Shown here: one piece after another, positions 40,724-47,354 of the stretch
Numbering within the stretch: the stretch's first letter is position 1
Layout of the letters: every line of letters starts with the position of its first letter
Source of the DNA: Treponemataceae bacterium
Lineage (GTDB): Bacteria > Spirochaetota > Spirochaetia > Treponematales > Rectinemataceae
Length of the DNA stretch: 64,000 nucleotides
Assembly (NCBI GenBank): GCA_963677895.2
Contig: CAXXGJ010000006.1
Coordinates: 128,001-192,000, forward strand
Direction of reading: 5' to 3'
Translations under genes and position numbers: made by a program
Notes under the pieces: model-generated
Seen by the model: the letters and a program-made list of their open reading frames with translations, nothing else
Databases searched by the model: none
What the model was told of the DNA's origin: nothing

Positions 40724-41554
40724 CTAGACATCATCAAAAAGCTCTTTTTGGTATTCATATGGTATCGGTAATACACCAACAATAACCCAAGGGTTAGGAG
40801 CTAAAAAATGAAACTGTTGAGTCGTGCCAAGATAAAAATGGAGATCTTTCTGTACAAATGTGTCGAAGTATTTTGCCCGAACTTTTTCCAAGACTTGTCG
40901 ATCATCTATCCCTGGTTCCTTGAAACAATTCCAATACAACGCCCCAATTTCCCAATCGAGTATTTGAAGCTGACAACTACGCCCTCGATCATCTTCAAAT
41001 CTGTAAGAAAAGCTATATGGCAACTTTTTTATTAGCTTGAAGGTTCTTCGCCATTCATTATCGTCAAATAAATCAAGCTGATTATAAAAACCCCTCATTT
41101 CAGCAACTTTAGATTCATCCCACTCTCGTTCTTCACTTTCTGAGATAAAATCTATAACTCTCGTAGGTTTGAATATCGCCAACGAAGTTATGTTCCGCTT
41201 TGCATCAATGATAAGAGCATCCATATTTGTATATACTTTTGCAGTTTTTAAGAGAATTTCTCGGCGTGCATGCCAATTATTCTCAGTACCAATTCTACCT
41301 ACCGGTTTTAATTCTTCAGGATTTATCGGACTATATGATTCTGGTCTTGGATCTTTGGTTCTCCGGTTTGTCTGGCATTCAATCCAATCATATTTGCTAT
41401 ATTGTTCAGCTTCATCCAGCCTTCGAAACGGCACTGGGTATAACCTTACCCAAGAGCCATCCTCCCTGATACCAGCCGTGCATACGGTTTCGCCATACTT
41501 CATCGATAATGTCGGATACGTTTTAACGGTGATTAGGATACGTTCCTTTGACAT
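40724..41554 (-). CDS. Conserved-looking hypothetical protein, partner of the DUF488 gene
   Basis: 276 aa, ITVKTYP...ETVCTAG...WVRLYP, DWEIGALY, FYLGT; GGAG RBS. Confidence 0.7.
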   Translation of the reverse strand: MSKERILITVKTYPTLSMKYGETVCTAGIREDGSWVRLYPVPFRRLDEAEQYSKYDWIECQTNRRTKDPRPESYSPINPEELKPVGRIGTENNWHARREILLKTAKVYTNMDALIIDAKRNITSLAIFKPTRVIDFISESEEREWDESKVAEMRGFYNQLDLFDDNEWRRTFKLIKKLPYSFSYRFEDDRGRSCQLQILDWEIGALYWNCFKEPGIDDRQVLEKVRAKYFDTFVQKDLHFYLGTTQQFHFLAPNPWVIVGVLPIPYEYQKELFDDV

Positions 41555-41566
41555 ACACCAGCTCCG

Positions 41567-42463
41567 TTACAAATTTATTATTTTTATTTTCTCCTCATGC
41601 GTACTTTCAATTGCTTCAGCCACACAGTGCCTATGGCATTGTTCGGGCAAGTGTTCATAGCACGTCAAGGCAACACTCTCTCCCTCCCTAATCCATATAC
41701 GAATCAATTCTAGTGATTCGCTTTTATTTGGAAGAATATTTTTTTTATATTCTTCGAAAAGATGATCATACTCTGCTTGTGTATCAAGATTTTTTCGTTG
41801 ATCGGACGCAATTCCCAAATCAGGCAAATGCTCATACCTGATTCCAACTCCTGCACAAGCCTTAAGCAAGGTATTCTTAGAAAATCCATATTTCCGGCTT
41901 ATTGGATTGCGACGTACATCACAAAGTAGGCTTACGCCACTTCGAATTAAAATATTCAGATACGCTTCCAGGGACAATCCTTCATACCCAATCGTCAGTA
42001 AGCCAGGACACTTTCTTGGTTTCGCTTCTTCGATTCGCTTCAATGCCTTGATATCTGAATGAAGGACCCTCTCCGCTATTTCACTTTTAATCCCGTAGTA
42101 TGGATATTTTCGATACGTTTCTGCAACTAATTCATCACCTCTCAAGCTTGAGTATTTTTGCATAAAACTGCTGATTTTTGTTTTGATATCGGGAGATACC
42201 ATTGTCGATGCCTCAAATCCCGATTGCGTCAATCGCCAATAATGTTCGTCAGGTGACAGCATTCCAGATTCGACCAAATGTCTGCGATCGGCATAGGATG
42301 TGAAGGAAAAGGCACCATACCGATATGGAATAAACTCGTAAAATGCGTTGACATCACACTCCTGGCAACTGAGAAAAAGTAGTTTCTGGAAGTCAAGATT
42401 TCCGACAGGACCATTAGCTGATGCCAACAGTGCCAGCAAGTATTTTTGTCGATGAAATATCAT
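41567..42463 (-). CDS. Winged-helix (Panacea/SocA-like motif) plus DUF488 domain protein
   Basis: N-terminal FQKLLFL...FIPYRYGAFS; C-terminal TIGYEG, DVRRNPISRKYGFSK, LTCYEH...CHR. Confidence 0.8.
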   Translation of the reverse strand: MIFHRQKYLLALLASANGPVGNLDFQKLLFLSCQECDVNAFYEFIPYRYGAFSFTSYADRRHLVESGMLSPDEHYWRLTQSGFEASTMVSPDIKTKISSFMQKYSSLRGDELVAETYRKYPYYGIKSEIAERVLHSDIKALKRIEEAKPRKCPGLLTIGYEGLSLEAYLNILIRSGVSLLCDVRRNPISRKYGFSKNTLLKACAGVGIRYEHLPDLGIASDQRKNLDTQAEYDHLFEEYKKNILPNKSESLELIRIWIREGESVALTCYEHLPEQCHRHCVAEAIESTHEEKIKIINL

Positions 42464-42511
42464 AGTGTCCTATTTACATTATACGAGAATATTTCAGCTT
42501 TACAAGTTCTC

Positions 42512-42595
42512 TTACTTCAACGCCGTATAGATTTCTTAAAGACTCTCGATACTAACTTCCAGTTTTTCGATGATCTCACCAGCGAGAATGTCAGG
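42512..42595 (-). pseudogene. Probable 3' remnant of a type I restriction-modification methyltransferase (hsdM)
   Basis: Translation PDILAGEIIEKLEVSIESL*EIYTALK* resembles HsdM C-termini (PDVLAxEIxExLE); internal stop. Confidence 0.45.
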
Positions 42596-42628
42596 GTAAA
42601 GTAAAGGGTCACCATCTCTGGGAGCTCG

Positions 42629-42676
42629 GCATAAAGCATGGCAGAAGCGCGCAACGGGTTGAAGCGGTTGTTCGTA
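42629..42676 (-). other. Truncated attC half-site
   Basis: Minus strand TACGAAC-AACC-GCTTCAACC...GCCATGCTTTATGC parallels the first half of the attC at 43276-43400 and lies just after the DUF1801 stop. Confidence 0.55.
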
Positions 42677-42691
42677 AAATATTATTTCTTT

Positions 42692-43075
42692 CTATATTCG
42701 TCTCAATTCTCCATTATTGATTCTTATGTTTTTGTAATCCCATTGTATGCTTAGTGCTTCATCAAGCCACTTATTAAGTTCGTTTTCGTTTGTTTCTTCA
42801 ATTTTTGTATATACCCTTTCCGCAGCTTTGAATTTCCCGATTGGACTTAGCCCCTTGTTGCTGAAGGATTGTCCACTCCAAAAAAGTAGTGCAATTCCAT
42901 TTTTCTTTTTTGAATATCCGACTATCGGATTTTCGTCTATAAACCATACAGGAGCACCATGGTACATTTTTGATGTAGCGTTCTTCAGTTTTAGATTAAT
43001 CAAACCGCAGAGTTTTATGCAAATGTCTTTCAGGGTGCCTTCAAATTGATTGTTGTATTCTTCAAATTGATCCAT
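42692..43075 (-). CDS. DUF1801 (YdhG-like) protein, probable gene cassette ORF
   Basis: MYHGAPVWF..NPIVGYS...LLFWSGQSF...GKFKAA...WDYKNI; GGAGG RBS before MDQF. Confidence 0.8.
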   Translation of the reverse strand: MDQFEEYNNQFEGTLKDICIKLCGLINLKLKNATSKMYHGAPVWFIDENPIVGYSKKKNGIALLFWSGQSFSNKGLSPIGKFKAAERVYTKIEETNENELNKWLDEALSIQWDYKNIRINNGELRRI

Positions 43076-43275
43076 AATCCTCCGATATCTTGCTTGATCG
43101 AAGCAACATCTTTTATATGCTGGACGTATTTGCGCGCGTAGCATCAGGCTAATAAGTATGATGTCCTTCTTCGTAAAATACTTTTGAATAATCTATTTTC
43201 CATTAATATATTGTAGTTAAAACAAATATAACTCTTTTATACAACATAGCTATTTCAGCTCCATATAGTTGATCC

Positions 43276-43400
43276 GACTAACATAAGCTTAACCTTTAAA
43301 GCCTGGCCCGAGCTACTGCGAGGGATTGGCGTGGTTTGTGCATGTGATTTCTGCACAAACCATGCCAAAAGGCTTTATAAGGTTGAAGCATTTGTTAGGA
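43276..43400 (-). mobile_element. Integron attC recombination site (125 bp)
   Basis: Minus strand: R'' TCCTAAC, L'' GCTTCAACC, central hairpin, L' GGTTAAGC, R' GTTAGTC. L'' has one extra base relative to L'. It begins 7 nt after the RT stop. Confidence 0.8.
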
Positions 43401-43407
43401 TTCTTTT

Positions 43408-44730
43408 TTAAGACATTGCACTCATATCTTGTTCAATATCAAGAATACTCTTGTGTATTAATTTTTTAAATTTGTATTGCGCGTCATCTATATTTTTAAA
43501 CTGAATACCGATATAACTTAGTAGTTTTATTATCATATCGTCAGAATATTCATCATAATTGGGTATATATTTTGATTTTATGCCTTTTTTAGTTATTTCT
43601 TTATATACTCTAGATATCTTTTTAATTTTAAGCTCTTCACATTTATACCTTTTCATCTGTCTATTTATAAAGTGATCTATTGAAAATAATTCTTGAATAT
43701 TTTCTGTTTGTGAAAAAAAGAACATCCATCCATACTTTTTGTTTTCCCAAATAAATCCGGTAATTCTCAAGTTTACTCTAAACTCTAGTTTTTTTGGATT
43801 TTTTTTTGCCTGATGCTTATATATTGTTAGAAGACGTATAATAGATTCTTTGAATTTCCTTTTGCTCTTTAATCGAATTGATACTTTTCTATTTGAAAAA
43901 CAATATCCAAGGTAATCAAACTTATCATGAATTGGTGCAACCTTATACTTATCCCCATCATTAAAGACTAACTTGTATTTTTCAATTTCTTTGAATAATT
44001 TATTTTCTAAATACTTCCTATTATCAAAATTACATAAAATTAAAATATCATCAACGTACCTATAGTACTTAATATTTCTTATCTTTGAGATCTCTTTATC
44101 AAATGGAGTTAGATATACATTTGCAAGAATATTTGCTATAGATAAACCTTGCGGAACTCCTTTATCCCTGACAAAAATATCATCAGCTTTGTAAGCAGAA
44201 TTTGTATTTTTAATAGACGCCATAAGCAATTTTATAACTTCAACTTTTCTAATTTTTGTTTTAACTTGTTTTAATAGTATCTCGTGATCTATGCTTGGGT
44301 AATAATTTTTAACATCTAGCTTAATAAAGCAATTATACTGTAAGTCTTTAATACTTTTTGATATATCTGCAATTTGAGTATGCAGCCTTCTTTTTACTAA
44401 TTGTTCGGTAAATGCACTTTCAAGTATTTCGAATAATGCTCTTAAGACTAATCGATCTCTCAAAGTTGGCTTTTCAACAATTCTTGGACAACTATTGTAG
44501 CCTTTTGAAAGTAATTTTGCTTTATAGACAGTAAAACTATACGTTCCTGCCTTACACTTAGTAATAATTAACTCTGTGTGCAATGCAAAATCACGTCGAA
44601 ACTGATGGCTTGTCATTCCATCAATTCCTGAAGTTGCATTTAATCCAATTTTATCATCAAATATTGATAATAAAGCTTTATTTGTAAATATTTTATTAAA
44701 TTTTTCTGCAGAATTTAACTTAATAGCCAT
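43408..44730 (-). CDS. Reverse transcriptase, UG/Abi defence-associated type (UG17/DRT10-like), about 440 aa
   Basis: GIDG, PTLRDRLV, KLDVKNYYPSIDH, GVPQGLSIANILANVYL, YYRYVDDILI, FDYLGY; start MAIKLN overlaps the SLATT 3' end; no maturase/HNH domain evident. Confidence 0.9.
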   Translation of the reverse strand: MAIKLNSAEKFNKIFTNKALLSIFDDKIGLNATSGIDGMTSHQFRRDFALHTELIITKCKAGTYSFTVYKAKLLSKGYNSCPRIVEKPTLRDRLVLRALFEILESAFTEQLVKRRLHTQIADISKSIKDLQYNCFIKLDVKNYYPSIDHEILLKQVKTKIRKVEVIKLLMASIKNTNSAYKADDIFVRDKGVPQGLSIANILANVYLTPFDKEISKIRNIKYYRYVDDILILCNFDNRKYLENKLFKEIEKYKLVFNDGDKYKVAPIHDKFDYLGYCFSNRKVSIRLKSKRKFKESIIRLLTIYKHQAKKNPKKLEFRVNLRITGFIWENKKYGWMFFFSQTENIQELFSIDHFINRQMKRYKCEELKIKKISRVYKEITKKGIKSKYIPNYDEYSDDMIIKLLSYIGIQFKNIDDAQYKFKKLIHKSILDIEQDMSAMS

Positions 44731-45290
44731 ATAAATATTCCTATCGGGATAACTAAGTAAATCAGAATTATTATTAGCCAAACTACTATATTTCGTATAA
44801 TAAAATAGCTCCATTCAAAAAATGATGGATTTGGAACAGTATTATTCTCAGAAGGATTTGTGGTTTTTCTAAGAAAACACTGAATAATTACTTTTTTATA
44901 ATCATATTCTGAGTGATTTTCAGTTTCCCTAAGCAATTGATCATATTGATCTTCAATATTCGCTGTACTATCATTTCTGTTTTCTGCAGAATAAGCATCA
45001 CTTATTAGTTTCCCGATACTAATATATTGTTCTTTTACTTGTCGGCATTCTTGTTTAAAATCTTTCTGCGATAGTAAAAGCGATACAACTAATACAATAA
45101 TCGAACCGAGCACTGAAAAGGTGTTTCTAATAGAGGAATCAACATTAGAAGGTATGATAGATACAGCAATAAGTAAAATTGAATACCACGGAATCAAGTA
45201 AGTACAGATTTTATAATTGAAATTCAATCTTTTTTCCATATTAATACGTACTTTTCTTGTAATCCACATTCTATCACTTAGCTTATTCAT
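44715..45290 (-). CDS. SLATT-domain membrane effector (SLATT_5-like)
   Basis: MWITRKVRINMEKRL, two TM helices, helical region, Y..LL..TENH...DY, C-terminal TM; GGAG RBS. Confidence 0.8.
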   Translation of the reverse strand: MNKLSDRMWITRKVRINMEKRLNFNYKICTYLIPWYSILLIAVSIIPSNVDSSIRNTFSVLGSIIVLVVSLLLSQKDFKQECRQVKEQYISIGKLISDAYSAENRNDSTANIEDQYDQLLRETENHSEYDYKKVIIQCFLRKTTNPSENNTVPNPSFFEWSYFIIRNIVVWLIIILIYLVIPIGIFIWLLS

Positions 45291-45307
45291 AACTACTCCA
45301 AAAAAAA

Positions 45308-45432
45308 GGGGGAATTCTTATAGGAACACCTTAACAACGCTTCTTGCAAAGCTTATCTCTCGATAAAAGCATTACTGCTTTTTTGAATAGAACACCTACA
45401 ATGTAAGCTGTGTAAACACAAAGAATCCCCCC
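45308..45432 (-). ncRNA. Putative RT-associated structured ncRNA
   Basis: Terminal 12-bp stem GGGGGGAUUCUU/AAGAAUUCCCCC (one G-U) encloses hairpins, two with GNRA loops (GUAA, GAGA), plus duplicated AGCUU...AGGUGUUC motifs; directly upstream of SLATT-RT. Confidence 0.7.
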
Positions 45433-45446
45433 AATAATCACAAAGT

Positions 45447-45480
45447 AATCCTAACAATTATTATACCGTTTATCATAAAC
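45447..45480 (-). other. attI-like site / cassette 5' boundary
   Basis: Minus strand GTTTATGATAAAC-GGTATAAT-AATT-GTTAGGATT. GTTAGGATT is the exact reverse complement of AATCCTAAC at the start of the downstream attC. Confidence 0.6.
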
Positions 45481-45700
45481 TACTATTTAGGTAATCTATT
45501 CGCCAGTAACATATGACACCATCATTAGATGTTATATCTCTTTGAGTGATTCCGCAACATTTTTCGTGATTCTTATAATCCTACGTAAGTAATGAAGAGT
45601 AATGCAACTAACGCGATGGGCGCCTTACCATGCATTAACAAAGCCAAGGGTCAATTTACAGCAACTGCCCGCAATCGACAAACTCTTGATATCGTTTTTG

Positions 45701-46444
45701 CTATTTTTTTAAAATACTTGACGCATCGACAATGACTAGCATTTTCTCTTTACACTCATCCCAAAGCCGCGGCTCAGTAACTAGCTCGCACATAAAATGC
45801 GCGACATTAGCCATGGCGGTGGCTTTAGGCTTGAAAAGACTGCTCACAAGGCTCTCGTGTACCTTGTACTCGCTCACGTCGCCCTCTGTGAGGCTATCCG
45901 GGCGCACGACAACCCACTGGATTGCGGGATCGACGAGGCCGATCCTGTCGCGAAGGTAGTCGGCCGCATTCTGATTATCCGAGGCGGGGGGCACGAGGCC
46001 GCGCATGACCCAGAGAAGGGCCTTTTCCAAAACCCCCCGCCGCGCATCGGCAGCGCCTGGCACGTTGACCGAAACACTGCTCATGAGCACGAACTTGACC
46101 GCTTTTTCGGGCTTGAGAGCCTGAACAGCCGCGCAAGCCCTGGCGACGACCTGCGCCACAAGATCCCTGGGCTGACCGAAAATGCCTTTCATTGTCGTGG
46201 TTGTGTGGCCGAGGCAGGAAATGATCGCGTCGCATCCGGCGACGTACCGGCTAAGCTCGTCGTCGCCTAACGACAATAAATCGGCCTCGATTACCTCAAG
46301 CCCCTCCTTGCCGGCAACTCCTTCGGGCAGCCTGGCGCTTGAACGGACGATCGCGCGGACGGTGACTCCGCGTTCCAGAAGCTGCCTGAGGACGCGGCCG
46401 CCGGTGCGCCCGGTGCCACCCAATAAAAGCACGGTGATGTTCAC
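45701..46444 (-). CDS. NAD(P)H-binding atypical SDR (NmrA/BVR-B-like) protein
   Basis: LGGTGRTG, VRAIVRS, WVVVRP. Confidence 0.85.
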   Translation of the reverse strand: MNITVLLLGGTGRTGGRVLRQLLERGVTVRAIVRSSARLPEGVAGKEGLEVIEADLLSLGDDELSRYVAGCDAIISCLGHTTTTMKGIFGQPRDLVAQVVARACAAVQALKPEKAVKFVLMSSVSVNVPGAADARRGVLEKALLWVMRGLVPPASDNQNAADYLRDRIGLVDPAIQWVVVRPDSLTEGDVSEYKVHESLVSSLFKPKATAMANVAHFMCELVTEPRLWDECKEKMLVIVDASSILKK

Positions 46445-46671
46445 GATTCTTCCTCCGAATAGTGGAACACCTCGTTCAGCGGCACGCCGAACACGTTGGC
46501 GATTCGGAAGGCCATCTCCAGCGAAGGAGAATAACGGCCCTGCTCTATCGCGATTATTGTCTGCCTGGTCACACGCACGCGGTCCGCGAGCTCGGCCTGG
46601 GTCATCTCGCCCGCGGCGAACCTGAGCGTCCGAATGCTGTTGGTCACCCTCATCGACGAGTCCATGATCAA
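46441..46671 (-). CDS. XRE family HTH transcriptional regulator
   Basis: MTQAELADRVRVTRQTIIAIEQGRYSPSLEMAFRIA. Confidence 0.92.
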   Translation of the reverse strand: MIMDSSMRVTNSIRTLRFAAGEMTQAELADRVRVTRQTIIAIEQGRYSPSLEMAFRIANVFGVPLNEVFHYSEEES

Positions 46672-47120
46672 TAACCCCTGCGGTAGATGACGATCTTGAC
46701 CACGGAGGACACGAGCCCCCCTATCATCATGGTCAAAAAGAGGGCGTTCGCGATCCAGAACTGGTCAGCCCTCACCATGGCGAGGGCTATGACGCCGAGA
46801 ATGCCCACCGACGCGACGTAGTAGCCGACAAGCTCGCCGCGGCGGTTGATGTGGTCATCCCTCTCGTCTTTGCGGCCGATATCGTCCGCCGAGCCCCTGT
46901 GTCGTATCTCGGCAGCGACGGCGGAGCCGATCGACATGAGTATCATGCCAACGATCGTCGCGACGATAATGGCTCCGATGGCCATGAGCATTGGTTTCTG
47001 ATAGGCGATATGGGCCAGCGGCACGCTTCCCATCTGATTGAGAACAAAGGAGCAATAAATTCCCGTGACCAGCACGGTCACAATGGTTGAAACCCAGGTG
47101 GCTCTCTCTTCGTACGACAT
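46668..47120 (-). CDS. Four-TM membrane protein with a DERD motif, coupled to the XRE regulator
   Basis: MSYEERATW..., KDERDDHI; GGAGG RBS; ATGA overlap. Confidence 0.75.
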   Translation of the reverse strand: MSYEERATWVSTIVTVLVTGIYCSFVLNQMGSVPLAHIAYQKPMLMAIGAIIVATIVGMILMSIGSAVAAEIRHRGSADDIGRKDERDDHINRRGELVGYYVASVGILGVIALAMVRADQFWIANALFLTMMIGGLVSSVVKIVIYRRGY

Positions 47121-47131
47121 CGAAACCTCCA

Positions 47132-47199
47132 ACATGTCAAGAATGTTTGACATGTGCTAATGTAAAGCTATCTATACATTATGTCAAGGATGTTATACA
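47132..47199. promoter_or_regulatory. Three tandem imperfect palindromes (ATGTCAA-N6-TTGACAT type), putative XRE operators
   Basis: acatgtcaagaatgtttgacatgt, aatgtaaagctatctatacatt, atgtcaaggatgttataca. Confidence 0.65.
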
Positions 47200-47307
47200 A
47201 AAAAATATTATTCAGTGAGCAGGGTGCGTGACCAAACGGGAGCCGATTCCCGATTGGTCATGACTTTTCGGGAATCCGTTTCATTTTAGTCCTTTGTAAA
47301 GCGCAGA

Positions 47308-47335
47308 AGCCGCCCGGAATGACGCCCGGGCGGCT
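47308..47335 (-). terminator. Hairpin downstream of alkaline phosphatase
   Basis: agccgcccgg-N8-ccgggcggct. Confidence 0.55.
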
Positions 47336-47354
47336 CTCAATATTTTTAAAATTT

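Noticed and set aside
43276..43400. Hairpin as a simple terminator or as the RT's template RNA
   Set aside because: It lacks a U tract and has the full R/L box layout of attC with a matching cassette start. The upstream leader is the better ncRNA candidate.
43408..44730. RT as a group II intron, retron, DGR or CRISPR-associated RT
   Set aside because: No maturase/HNH domain or intron-like flanks, no retron NAxxH/VTG motifs, no TR/VR pair and no cas1 are evident. The SLATT partner fits a UG-type RT better, though phylogeny is still needed.
44731..44814. 28-aa N-terminal extension of the RT in the ORF track
   Set aside because: It lies wholly inside the SLATT gene; ATG 44730 gives a more typical short overlap.
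45324..45389. DRT2-style endless ORF from concatemers of the 66-nt unit between the two GAACACCT repeats
   Set aside because: Although 66 is a multiple of 3, manual translation shows a stop codon in all six frames of the unit.
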